From the NCBI GenBank assembly GCA_000934665.2, contig JYFJ02002575.1, positions 1 to 54,482 on the forward strand: 54,482 nucleotides of DNA. Direction: 5' to 3'. Positions 1 to 12,780 of the stretch are shown here, in pieces; the stretch's first letter is position 1, and each line of letters starts with the position of its first letter. This DNA comes from Catajapyx aquilonaris. Its lineage: Eukaryota. The position numbers and the translations under genes are program-made. The notes beneath the pieces are model-generated. The model was not told where the DNA came from. It ran no database searches and saw nothing but the letters and a program-made list of their open reading frames with translations.

Positions 1-1
1 C

Positions 2-409
2 CTCGGAATTCAGGACGAGTACAACCCATGTGGACACGGGGTGAACCACTTCCTCTACCTGTTCAACACCCTGGTGTCCGAGACTTACCAACCGACATTT
101 GCGAATGTGGATGCTGAAGCTGAGTACACCAGCAGGGTCGTGGTGGAAGGGGTACGACGGTACTCCCCTTTGGCGTGCATCGTAGGGGTCAGCTTCGGGT
201 CAATGATAGTCTTTGGCTGTTGGTGCTTCGGGTTTTCGATGCCGATCACTATCGGACGAATGAGTTGGCTCGATCGACTCAAGTTTGCACTTCTCAAATT
301 CATCACCATGTACTGTATGAGTTTTAATGTTGTTTATAAGATTGCCAATGTTATTATGAGACTGGAGATTGGGAGGCTGATTAATAAGCTGAAGATTATA
401 GGGACATAA
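2..409 (+). CDS. 3' end (partial) of a probable DUF2236 / MpaB-rubber oxygenase-like domain protein
   Basis: Frame is open from base 2 (LGIQDEYNPCGHGVNHFLYLF...) to TAA at 407-409. LGIxDxYNxC resembles the conserved C-terminal motif of arthropod DUF2236-family proteins as recalled, and a hydrophobic C-terminal segment follows. The 5' part lies outside the window. Confidence 0.5.
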   Translation, partial: LGIQDEYNPCGHGVNHFLYLFNTLVSETYQPTFANVDAEAEYTSRVVVEGVRRYSPLACIVGVSFGSMIVFGCWCFGFSMPITIGRMSWLDRLKFALLKFITMYCMSFNVVYKIANVIMRLEIGRLINKLKIIGT

Positions 410-1654
410 GCTACCGATTAAAATGAAAGGGTCAATTATGTTATGGAAAGTTGAAATATTATCCTGACAACTTTTTTTGGGACTAAACGCTATGAACAGG
501 TAGCCATCGATTGTTATTTTCGAATTTGATTTAAGGCAATTCACAAATTTGCATGACCTTTTGTCCTTCCCTCTAATGAATTCCCATAATTATAATTATA
601 ATACTAGTTCTTGTGGTGTAAAAAGCACATGTCAGTTCAAGGATGCGGGAAGAGTCATTGAAATATTACACAACATGTTGTAACATTCGCACGTGCACGT
701 CAGTCATGTTCACCCCGCATGTTTTGGACACTTTCGTGTACGTAGATTGTAATCGTAAAGATTAAAGCTTTCATTGTTGAGTAACCTTCAATAATTATTA
801 CTTTCCTGTAATTTTCCCCAAGTTTAGGGTCAGAATCATGGTCAGTACATAACCCTTCAATTTTGTATCATTATGATGATTTTTAAAAAACTTCCTGTTA
901 CATTCTTGGCACTTGATGATTTAAAAAATTAAGTACATAACATGTAATTGAGTCATACGGTCGAGGTGAAAGCTGTGTTAAATGCTTATATGCAGTAACA
1001 TAAATAAAATGTGTAAGCTACAGTGCATTTGAGTTCTCGTTAGACTTTTTGAACACTTATTGCAAGAGATATCAATAATTTTATGAAATAATGTCATGTG
1101 TGTGTCATTTACAAGTCAAATATAAGTGAGATGTAAATTGCCGCATTTCATTGCCGGCATTTATTCCAGTCGTTGAATAATACTGCCGCATGTTTGCTGA
1201 AAAATGACAGAATAGCGCATGATTCTTAGCTAATTTTGCCAAAATGTTTGCAGAAAGCATCGCCTTGCCAGAAAGCATCCCATGTGCATGTTGCGTCTGA
1301 TGCTGCACCAGTTCTGCTGCCGCCTGCAATCTCGGGAGCCATCCACAAGTGGCCTGCGATCGCAAATGGTGGGACTAACCTGGTGAGCATTCTTTACACG
1401 CACCTTGACGTAGATGCCTTCAATTCATTTACAAGAAAGATTTTTGGAGCAGTGCGTAGGAGTGATACTCGGATATAGAACAGACTGAATAACAATTTAT
1501 TAACATTGAACATGAACCCGAGAACATGTGGCTACTATTCCAACATCAATCTAGACAGAATGTGTAGCACCATCAGTTTCCACTGCTCCGTGCTAACTAA
1601 TGCAACTTTAACAGATGACATAGGAAGTGCCACATTCATCAACAAACATCAGGA

Positions 1655-3864
1655 TTATTTTAAAGCAGCGTCATCATGCATGCGACCCGCTCCCCCAACA
1701 CCTTGCCCCTCTGCTTTCACTGCGACGTTGTCCTCTTCACTCTTTACGCCACCATTCTTCATGACAACATCTGGACTGGCAGCAATTCCGTCCATGGGGA
1801 CGCCGCCATCTCCTGCTTCCTCCATGGCCTCCAGCTGCAGGTCGTCAACTATCACAAAGCAGGCCGAATTCCCGGGGTCATCTTCGGCCACAGCCAGACC
1901 CTCAATAGTCGACTCCTGCCCAACCTGCACGGAAAGATATTTTTACTGTTTAAAATAGGCTCGTGTGAATGTTGAAAAAATATGTAAATTAAATAAATCA
2001 ATTACCTCCACATCATACTGCTTCACACTTAATCCCGCTTCTTCTGCACCGTCGACATGGTGTATCTGCAGCTGGTTGACGATAATGATGTCCTGGAAGT
2101 GCCCCTCGCCGTTCATGTGCGCGTAGAGCATGGGCTTCCTCATGTAGCCCCTCCCGCACACCTTGCACTCGTAGGGCTTCTTGTCCGAGTGGGTGAACCG
2201 ATGGGTGTTGCGGTTGTCACGGGAATTAAAGGCCTTCCCGCAGATCTCGCACTTGTGCGGCTTCTCCCCCGTGTGGATCTTGAGGTGCTTCTTGTAGTGG
2301 TTTGGGTAGATGAAGGCGGTGTTGCACTGCTCGCACTTGTAGGGACGCTCCCCAGTGTGGACTCGGTTGTTGTGGTAGACCAGAAGGCGGCGCCTCTTGA
2401 AACCAACGTTGCAGGACTCGCATCTGTACCGGCGGTCATTGTAGTGCGTGGCACGCTTGTGCGATCGCAGGTTGGATCGCTGGGAGAATCGGACACCACA
2501 CACCTCGCATTGGAACGGACGCTCGCCAGTGTGCGTTCGCAAATGAGTGACATAGTTCTCCTTGCGGGTGAAGGTCTTTCCGCATGAATCACATCGGAAC
2601 GGACGCTTATCAATGTGTACGGACATCCGGTGAACTTCCAATGCGTACGCCGAGGCGTAACCTCGCCCGCACTGCTGGCACACAGTATAATCCGGCTCCA
2701 ACGCATGTTCCTTCTGATGCTGTTTCAGGAGATGGTCGTTGAAAAAAGCCTTTCTGCACAACCGGCAGTAAGTAGGCGTAACCTCCTCCTGGTGAACCTT
2801 TAGGTGAGCCTTCAAGCAGCTACGGACAGAGTACGCCGAGGTGCAAACGGGACACTTGTATGGCCGGACGCCATCGTGCGCATTCACATGATCCTGCAGC
2901 ATCCGCTGGCTGTAGAACATGCGTCCGCAACGATCACATCCGTACTTACGACACCAGTGTCTCTTTGTATGGTCCTGATACTTGCGTACGTCCTGCAATA
3001 AGCAAATTAGTACAAGTATTTCATCAAAGTTACATTACAGACCTGGAAGCGCATTTCGCAGGGGAAGCATATGAATGGATCTTCCTTGGCCGCATGTTCT
3101 TCCAAGTGCGACTGGAGCGATGAGGCTTGGTTGAACTCGGCCAGGCAGACCTCGCATGCATACAGGCTATCGCCGTGAGCTGTACTCATGTGGTCGGAGA
3201 GCCACTTGGACCACACGAATGAGCGCGGACACTCGTGGCACTTCATCCTACCATTTCCTTCAAGCGGAGGGTCAGCACCACTCGAATCATCCTCCTCCTC
3301 CTCTTCCTCATCGTCCTCGTCGAAATCAAAGTCTCCATCCGCCAGATGCCCATCCTTGCAGCCTTCACATGCACCGGTCTCAACCTCAGGCGGGTTCTGC
3401 GCTCGTCTGCACACCTTTCCTTTAGGCAGCTTTTCCTTAGCCTGTTCATCCTCATCTGGCTGTCCGCTCTCCATCTTCTCCCAGAGCGCAACGCTTCTGT
3501 TATACTTGCACCGAATGTCGTCCTTCATGGCCTCCAGGCTGACCTCCACCGTGTCCACGTCGTTCAGCAGCTTCACGCACTTTTTGCACACCATGTGCGA
3601 CCGTGCCTCTGTCTGACTCAGCGGAAAGCCAAGGATCTTTCCCAGTCCTACGAGCAACGGCTTGCCGCGGGACGCATTGGTCGTCCGCTTCCCTTCTCGG
3701 AGTAAGTTGCAGCATCCTCGTGTCGAGGCCGGGATCTTGGTTCCGCATACCATGCAGATGATGTGCTTCGGTGAACCGGACGTTGCCGGGTCAAGGGTCG
3801 GTTCAGGCGGTGGGACAGCGTCCGCAGTGGAATTACTGGGCATACTTTCCATTGTGTCCACCAT
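1655..3864 (-). CDS. ZAD (zf-AD) domain C2H2 zinc-finger transcription factor, ~692 aa, 13 fingers; coding exons 3864-3043, 2992-2006, 1924-1655
   Basis: N-terminal CMVC...VCKKC followed by a helix (ZAD pattern), then an acidic linker and 13 CxxC-12-HxxxH fingers with TGERP/TGEKP linkers. GT-AG introns 2993-3042 (50 bp) and 1925-2005 (81 bp) are both phase 0. The first intron splits finger 3 (CFPCEMRFQ|DVRKYQDHTKRH), which supports the join. Confidence 0.9.
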
Positions 3865-3899
3865 AGCCTGGAAATTGTGGGAATGTTAATAAAGTGTTC

Positions 3900-4257
3900 C
3901 AATTATTCGGTTCCTTTCAGATGACCTTTTGATGACCCAACCTGATATTAATCGTTTTCCTTTTAGATGATTTTTTAAAACCCTTTTGATGACCCAACAA
4001 TCCCTATTAGATGACCTTCAGGTTATTAGATGACCCAACCCTAATTATTGTTCCATTTAGATGACTTTTTAATTACCCGTCAACCTAATAATGTTATTCA
4101 GTTCCTTTTAGGTGACCTTAATTGACCTTTTGATGACCCAACGTAATAATGATTATTCTGTTCCTTATTAGATGAACCTTTCTTACCATTTTGATGACCT
4201 AATGATTATTCGGTTCCTTTGAACTTTTTTTTTTTTTTGACCTTTTGATGACCCAAA
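3900..4257. repeat. Degenerate minisatellite (~6-7 units of ~50-65 bp) filling the probable 5'UTR intron (3868-4262) of the ZAD-ZNF gene
   Basis: Recurring blocks TTATTCnGTTCCTT..AGATGACCTTTTGATGACCCAAC. It is bounded on the minus strand by a GTGAGT donor at 4262 and a TTTCCAG acceptor at ~3868. Confidence 0.75.
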
Positions 4258-4504
4258 CTCACCTAAAAGCCTGACGGAACGTTCCTCAGAGTAGCCCAAG
4301 ACCTTCCAAACAATCCTCCAGCCCACAACACTTTCCAGAACAATCAAACGTATCCACGGGGAACAATAAATAATTCGACAACAATCAGTTGGCAAGACAA
4401 CTGATGATTTTTCGAAGAAATTTCGAACGTTCCAAATTTTTTTTAAAGGCGAGTCTATACCGAATGAAGACTCGCTCTTTGGTTCCGCTTACGGCTCTTT
4501 GCTC

Positions 4505-4566
4505 TGGCCAATCAGATTGCGAGGATTGGATCAAAGATGGCGGCCAGTGGACTAAAGATGGCGGCG
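4505..4566 (-). promoter_or_regulatory. Probable promoter of the ZAD-ZNF gene: two CCAAT boxes and two YY1/Pho-type motifs
   Basis: CCAAT at 4508, ATTGG at 4525, and AAGATGGCGGC at 4534-4544 and 4555-4565, all just upstream of the inferred non-coding first exon. Confidence 0.5.
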
Positions 4567-4655
4567 CATTGTAGACTGAGCCGAACCTTTCTTATAGATA
4601 TAATGCGCGGGCTTTTTAAACAACATTTCAATTTTCAGGCGATTTTATTTAATTT

Positions 4656-7600
4656 TTAATTACAATCTGGTTCATTCTTCCGGGCGGATCTTTCTTGTTC
4701 TAGGGAGAGCATGAGTTGGTTCAGGTTTGATGACATGTCATGGACTGTCTGGAGAAGAGCTTCCGTGTTATATTTGCTCTCTTTACAGCTCTTGTTGTCT
4801 TTCATGTCCACCATGGTTGTGAGGGAGCACACAATGTCCTTTGGCAGCTTCCAACCCTCCCTGTTGAGGACCAGTCCAGTTCGAAGGTCGACCACTATGT
4901 GACCTTTTGGAATCTTGTTGAACAGAAGCGTCTTGTCACGGATGAAGCTCCACAGCTTCTTGTGCACCACGACACAGCAGCAGTATCGGCTGAAGAAGGC
5001 TGAAACCTTTGTGCACCTGTCATTGATAAGAAAAATTGTAAGAACTTTTACATCCATTGACGTACATTTACTGTTAACGTTACCTAAGTAAATGACTGAT
5101 TCTATTCCCTATTGTTCCTTTCTTCTTTCCAAAGAAAAATGTTTCAATGTAACAGATGAGCTTGACCAATGAAATGTGGCTGTACAGCTGAGCCTGTTCC
5201 CTTATGGCCTGTATGTCACTGACTGCCAGGGCATGCAGAAGGTTCATGAAGACCAGGACAATGAAGAAGAGGAAGATGAAGAAGAAGAGGCTGGCAGTGA
5301 CAGGAAGGCTCTTGAAATCCATATTGTCAAAGTTTATGTCACCTAACATCATCGCCATCATCTTGATGGCAACGGTTTGAGGGCTGTTGAATATACCATT
5401 TGTGCATAAAATTATGCTGCCAGTGTCCTCGTCATATTCGCATACATGGAAGGAGATGTAGAAGGTTATGACGAATCCTATCAGGACATAGATGAAAATT
5501 ACAAATATGTGCAGGTAGTTGAGAAGTACTGTGGAGAACATTGCTAAGTACTTGGCCATCACAGGCAGACGACCTATCAGAAGCACGAACTCAAGCCATG
5601 CGAAGAATATGAAGACTGTAGTCAAGTTTGTCGTTAATTCACTGCTCGACGTAATTAATGCTAATGGTAGGATAGAAATTATGCCCATCTCCATGTAGTT
5701 CTCCCAGCTGCAAAAATAGGTTCTGAAGGATCCAAGGAACTGCGCAAACTCGCGAAGAAAAAGAAGCAACCATGTCACGAGCATGATTGGAGCTACGACC
5801 ATCAAAGAAGCGTCTACAACACCAGCCAGGTAACTTGTTGTCGTTGTGTTGTTCAATTGATTGTAATGATAGTCCAAGCTGTCCAAATGATTGGCAACAA
5901 TCAGCTCGTAAGACCAAGACGCAAGGAACAGGCCATAGAAGACGAGATTGAAGTATGAGAACATCGATATGCACTTGTACTTGAAGTGAAGGTACGAGGC
6001 GAATACAGGGTGCTTCAGAAGGTTTGTCTGCGAATTAAGAAAGTACTCCAGTCTGGCGTATTCAGCTGTGATTGCTGAAGGTCTGAACAGCTCGAAATCG
6101 ACGACCACGTTCTGTCCCTGCTCATACACGCAGCCGTCCAGGTATTGAGACAGGGTAGCCTCGTGCATGGCGTCGATCGGGGTCTGCCCAGTTCTGTCCT
6201 CTGCCCACGGGTCAGCACCGCAGGACATCATCGCCACGACTGTGCTTCTGGCCCTGTGGTTTGCGGCCAGATGAAGAGGAGTCTGGCCGTGGAAGTCCTT
6301 GTCGTTGACGAAGAAGGGGTACTCACCACGACGCTGCATCTTGCTCAGGATCGTCTGGATGCACTGGTCGTAGTCCTGGTTCCATGGGTTCAGGTTGACC
6401 TGTCCGAAGGGACTGAACTCCTGGAGTCTGCTTGACAGGCCTTGGGACAGCACGTGGAGGACGTTGCCTCCGTCGTGGGTGGACACGTGCAGACGGATGT
6501 TCCTCCGACGAAGAAGCACGTCCATCACTCTGAAGTACCCCCACGAAGCGGCCAGAAGAAGAGGAGGTACAGGGCAACAATCGCAAACCACGTTGGGATC
6601 CGCACCCTGAAGCAGCAACGCCTCTACACAAGAAGACAACCCCAACACGCAGGATAGTTGCAGAAGCGTGTAACAACCATCGTCATCGTTTATGTCTTTG
6701 TACGACGGCAGCATATCCAGAAACATGTCCTCTCGTTCGCAATATAAGGACCTGAAGAGGCTCGCCTTCATGTCCTCCCTAGTGGCGTCTATCTCTGTGC
6801 GCTTCATTAGAATGCTCACAGCCTCATTGCACTTTCTAGATGCGGCAATGCTGATTGGTGTGGATCCCTTCCATGATTTTGCGTTGACCAGCACCCGTTC
6901 CCAGGACAGGATGACCTCCAATGTGCTCCCGTCGAATGGTCCTGACCCATCGGTGGTTCCCAGAATAGCAAAATGAAGAGGCGTCAGTCCGTCCTTGTTT
7001 CGAAAGTTGAACTGCACGTGCCCCTTGTCATCTCTTGCCAGAAGACGTACGACGTCGCTTCGTCCATTGAGTGCTGCCAGGTGCATGGGAAGGTTGCCTT
7101 GATTGTTCGGGATGTACTGGCTGGCACCTCTCTTCAGCAGGTGGGTCATTATGGTCAGACTTCGACTTCCCTGGACCAGGACGTGCAAAGACGTGTTTCC
7201 TTCGTCGTCCTGTAGGTTGACGTCGATGCGGCTGTCCCTCAGAGAAGTCAACAGCCAGATCCAGTCCTCCTCTCTGATGGCCTGATGTAAGGACGGCTGC
7301 CTGGTGGACACCTTTGTCTTGCTGGTGACCACTCTGGTCGAGATCCCGGTTGGATCGGTCAGCCACTCGGCCATCTTCAGGTGACCCTCTGCGATGGCCA
7401 GTTCGAAAGGTCTCTTCCCAACCCTGTTTCTGGCCCCGTAGTTGGCTCCTGAGTCCACCAGAGTCTTCGCCACCTTCATCTGGTTGTTGATGGCTGCCAG
7501 ATGCAAAGGGGTGTTGGCATCTCCGTTCCTCCCGTCCACCTCCAGTCCCCACTGGACCATCTCCCTGACCACCTTGTGGTGCCCGTACTGTGCAGCCAAG

Positions 7601-8325
7601 TGCAGCACCGTGTTCCCACCAGAGTCCACCTCGTCCTTCAGTCCGAAACCGATGACCCTGATGGCCTCCAGATGACCCCACCTGGCAGCCACGTGCAGAG
7701 TGTTCCTTCCTTCTCCGTTGACCTGACCCGGATCTGCCCCTGCCTCCAGAAGCAACCTGACCGACCCAGGGTTGGCAGTGGCCAGATGCAGAGGCGATTC
7801 CCCTTGTTCCCCCTTCGAGTTGACCAGTCGGTGACCTCCTTTGCTCAGCACCCGTCTCAACAAACAATTCTGGGCCAGACACATTGGGCTGTGCAGCAGT
7901 GTCCTGCCGCCTCTCCCGACGACTGCGACGTCTGCGTCTCTGGACAGCAATAGCTTCAGACACCCCTCATGAACCATTGATGACCCCCAGGCAGCGACCA
8001 AGATGGGGGTGTCTCCTTCGTGGTTCTTTCTGTCCACTTCTGCCCCGTGTCCTAGCAGCAACCTGACCGATTCCAGGTCTCCTCTGGAGGCTGCCAGATG
8101 CAGAGGGGTGTCTCCAGAGGCGTTGGAGCAGTCCACGTTGGCTCCGTACCTCAGCAGCGCCTCCAAACACTCCGTCTTCCCTTCTGCCGATGCCTCGTGA
8201 AGTGGACTCCACGTACCTGCGGGCCATACCTCGTCCCATCCGACGTCCGACAGACCCCTCATCTTCTGTACCACCGACTGGACATCGCCTCTGGCTACGT
8301 CGTCAACCAATTTGTTCAGCTGCAT
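4656..8325 (-). CDS. TRPA-subfamily cation channel, painless/pyrexia-like, ~1200 aa; exons 8325-5084 and 5016-4656
   Basis: About 19-20 ankyrin repeats (TPLHLAA-type), the pre-S1 LLKHPV motif, six hydrophobic segments, a pore region (MMLGDINF), the S6/TRP-like NLLHALAVSDIQAIREQA motif, and a C-terminal coiled coil in exon 2. A single phase-2 GT-AG intron spans 5017-5083 (67 bp). Minus-strand AATAAA at 4644-4649. Confidence 0.88.
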
Positions 8326-9897
8326 GGTGTCAGGGCCGCATTATTGCCGTCACATCTAAGAGTACTCATGTAATTTTGGTACCGTCACTAACCGCGACGA
8401 TTATAATTAGCCATGAAAATCCATATGAAATACTTACGTTTACAGCATTATGCGAATCTGAATAACACACGCTTTTTCGCGGCTTTGTAGTACTGTACTC
8501 TCACACATACTTATTGGCTATTATCGACATTATTCTGATGACGTGACAGGATGCCCAATATATGTAGCTGTTTTTTTCTCTGATATTTCTATCGCGTTGA
8601 CCGGATGTGTACCGATGCAATGCACAGCATTTGTGCTATTGAACTGGCCTATTAGCAGAGTCGCGAGCGCATGTAGATTATGGCCACTACCTGACTTATA
8701 CCTACACCACGCGCATGACTTGGATGTTTTACCAACAGCATTGTCATAAGACATATCATTGTCATATTATATTGATAACGTGAATCGGAATTATTACTGA
8801 AAATGCCCTTACAGCTAAACATATCGCACTATCTACCAAATAAAAGCACATTTGGGAATAAATGCCCAAGATAGGATAATAGACCACGCACGTAATTAAA
8901 ATTGAAGCATTAAATTGGTAATTAGCCCAAAATAATTTTTGCTGATAGACGCTTTGCCGACAGAGATTTTAAAACGGTTTAGGATTGCATTCATCGAGTA
9001 TACGGTCGACGAAAGGTCAATAATATGTATTAGAAGATCCGATGACTTTGTCCTGATGCCCTGCATATTTCCTTCCCAGATTTATTAATTTAGACATCTT
9101 TTAGGACATCCTGTGAGATACAGTATGTGATATTGAAGTACGCATTATGAAGCTATTCAAACAAGTTGCCTCCGTCAGCTACAATTTCTAGATCTAGAAC
9201 ATTGCAAAGACAATAATTACAGTCAAACCCAACTGGAATATTACACAGCCGAGAACATCATTCGCCCCACGCCGGTTTTGTAATTAGCAGTTTCAGTTAT
9301 CCAATGTTTGAAAATATTACCCTTCAAAAACACTGTAGCGGTCAGACAGCATTTATTTTTTTTAAACATATTGAAAAGCATAAAATCTTGCGCATGAAGA
9401 TCATTCACAAGAAGCAGTAATTTGAAGCATAATTCGCTTTGTTAATTTTTGTGACTTTTGGTGTAGCCACGTGCTCAATAATATTGGTTCCAAGACAACA
9501 TCATTGAACACGACTCACGTAAATGGTTACAAAGCGTTGCCAAGAGACGACTGAAGCCAACAATTTATTGTTGCAAAAGAAATTATTCCTTCGACTGATC
9601 GGTATTCCATCTAAATTAAACTGTAAGTTTAGTTATCCACTTTGAATTAAGATCGCAACACATTCTGTTGATATGCGCATGCAATCGGTCACAATCTTAT
9701 TACTCCTCTCATTGCACCAAGTGCAATCAGTGTCATTGTTGAAACCGGTTTCATGCGAAAGTGAATATTGGCAAAACGTGATTCATGGCCGCTGTGTCAA
9801 GACAATTCCGTAAAATAGATTCTACTCCTCATCAGGTCAAAGTACGAAGGCTTGGAGTCTCGATTTACGCTTCAAGCACTTAAATTAAAATAGAGCC

Positions 9898-11471
9898 ATG
9901 CCACGACGAAACACATTTCCTCGTCTGGAACAACTGGCCCTCAAGTCCTTCGTCCAGCTGGTGCTTGGATGCTGCCAGGCACTACCGAAGGGACACAACA
10001 GTGAGATCGCAGCTCTTTCCAGCTCCATCCCCGTCACCCTGGCTGATGACTACATGAAGGAGCTCATATCGTCGTATGGTTGGGAGTGGCCCGGAGTCAA
10101 CATCCGCAACGCCATATGTCCCTGGTGCACACACCTCACCCTCGGGTTCACCAAAACTGACCTGAAGGTGGCCAAAAACCTGGACCGGCTGAAGCACCTC
10201 ACCTGCCTGACGGTGAAGTCTGACCGATTCATCCAAGGATTCATCCCCAATCCTAGTATTACACTGCAGCATGCCATGGCTAGGTGGTGGTCAAGCACCT
10301 GCCCAGACTCCCGATGCTGAAGTGTCTCCGACTGAGAGGGAAGGTCACGGACGACATGAACCTCATTGAGAAGGTGGCGAAGTACTGCCCACTTTTGGAA
10401 GAGCTGTCGTTCGAGTGGGGGATGTCCCCCAATCAGCAGGTGACACTGGGGAGCTGCCAGGAATTGAAGAGCGTGTTTGTCACCTACGCAGGTCAGTCTG
10501 CGAGAGATGTGCTGGCCATCCTGCGGACCGTCCCTCAGCTGGACACATTGACGATCTGGCGCAAGAGACTGGTGAGGTCATTCCTCAAAGCTTGCGATGG
10601 GACGTATCACATTCGGAAACTGAATATCTGTAATTATAATGAGATGGTAAATGATGTTGAGTTTCTGGCGTGTCACTTCCCGGAACTGCAAGAGCTGACC
10701 CTGACCAGGTGCGATGACCTGTCGCCAATCAACAGCATGGTGCACCTGAAGGAACTGGGCTTGTCAGAATGCACCCCTTATCAAGTCTCGGTAGTGGATA
10801 GCGCAGTGTTCTCTCGCCTAGTGAGCCTCCGTCTCACTGATGTTCCAGATCTGCAGACGGTACTTGGAGTAATCAGCGGCCCATTGCAAGGCATGGAAAA
10901 GTTGGAGCTGACTCTCTGCGAACAGGTCGATCTGGTGCAGGTCAACAACCTGTTCCCAAATTTGACGAGTCTTGTCCTGCTTGGCAACCATCAGTTTACT
11001 AGCATCGCGAGAAACAAAGACAACCCTTTCGTGCATCTGAAGATCCTTATGATTGTGATGTATGATGATAACTCTTTTGGTATACACCATCTGGCTTACC
11101 TGCTGGATCACTCCTATGGTCTGGAGGTTCTGGAGATATTGCAGCGCGGTTGGGGCCTGGATGACTCCGCTGTCCACGACCTGCTTCAGCGCAACCCAAT
11201 GATCAAACTGAAAGAATTAGAATTGTGGAGCCACCGCCTGACCCCATCTGTCACATCAGTGATCTTCGACTACTTTGGGGAAGACCTGGAGTACGCACGT
11301 TTTGGCGGTGAGCAGATGAGGAACTTACCGGACGGTTTCATTACTTCGATGCAAGAGAAGTTGAAGCCATACTTCTTCAACATGAGGATCGGGGACGTGG
11401 TATTCCAATGCCTGGCGGACAGATGCACCTTATTGAGGGCATTGGACGCGTTCATAAGGCAACTAACATAA
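9898..11471 (+). pseudogene. Intronless leucine-rich-repeat protein with an N-terminal BC-box-like motif (PRAME/ZYG11/FBXL-like substrate receptor), interrupted by a frameshift near 10281
   Basis: Starts MPRRNTFPRLEQLALKSF (xLxxLxxxxF BC-box-like), followed by many LxxLxL repeats in ORF 10284-11471. The two ORFs overlap in different frames, with TAG at 10281-10283 immediately before ORF2. AATAAA at ~11487 and ~11499. It could be an intact gene with a sequencing indel. Confidence 0.6.
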
Positions 11472-12780
11472 CTAAACTAAAACCGAAATAAAAAGCGAAA
11501 TAAACATGTGTGCTTTACGTGGCATTTGAAGACTATAAACACGGGGAGAAAAAGGTAAAGGAAGATTTATTATGAATGGACAGTTATTGATCGTGTGATT
11601 TTTCAGGTATAAAAGACGGTATATAGTTTCCCCATCCACCTAAATTGCGCAGTTACGGTAACCGTAATGACCCAATAATGACCTTTACTCCAATGTGGAA
11701 TCGATTCTTAGTTTGGAGTTACATGCTCGTGTTTTTAAGACAGACAAACCTTGAACATCCCGCAATTTGGAGGATAAAGGGAAATTATAATTTCGAATCA
11801 TGTTTCTAAAGTGAAATTTTCTTGATTCTTACTGATCAAGTACATCGATAGTGATTGCATAGTTACTCGTACTTGGGAACATCAAGATCCTCATGCACAT
11901 GGATCTTCCTGTAGTGTGTCAAAGTACATGACATGAGATGAAATTAGTCACAGCCTACAAATTATGATGTTACATAGTACGTATATAAAGTGTAATTCAT
12001 AATAGCATGTTAGGAGTAGCATAAAATGTAAGGCTAGTAAAAGTTAGAATATGACAGGAAAGCCCTTGCTTCATTCACTTTTTTCTAGTAAAGTAGACGC
12101 CAAGAAAGTCATGTTGGAGACACATTTTGAAAATAATTATTAAGCTGCTTTCAAAGAAATACTGGCTAGCACCTTATTCTATAGATATAGAAATCTGCGC
12201 AGCTGCAGCAGAACTAAGGAATGAAATAAAACACACACAGTGGACTCATCTTACTCCCGATCATAATAAAGCGCTATTCCTGTTGTACCGGTACCTCTTT
12301 GAAGAGTGCCCACAGTTCTTGATCTTGATAGATACGGTATTTTCTCTTGGGGAATTCCCCTCGACACGACGAAACGGGCCATTAGTTTAAAATTTTTCTC
12401 CCAAATGCGATTCTATACGATGATGGTTTTTTCCCCCCCAATTGCAAGTTCAGTCTGAATCAGGCTTCACAAATTCATTTGTCAAAATTTAATCATTGTT
12501 TATGACATACATATAGTATGTAGCCTTCACCTATGTAGATAGTCGAAATGATTTGTTTAATATGTGATACGTGTCTAAAACGTGTTAAGACGCTGTAAAG
12601 CACGTATAAACGTAAAGATTGTTTTCATACAGATATAAATAACTTATTTTTAGAGGCCCATCGGGGTCATTCATAGAGAGGTTAATCAAAGTAATAATTT
12701 ATTAAGATTATGGCCTTGTAACTTGGTGGGACTACATTTGTGTTGGAAGGGTTTTTTTTTCTCAAATTCTGAGAGTTGGT

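Noticed and set aside
7028..7963. 311-aa alternative-frame ORF and other overlapping ORFs within the TRP, ZNF and LRR genes
   Set aside because: Shadow frames of GC-rich coding sequence with low-complexity R/G/S composition and no domain motifs.
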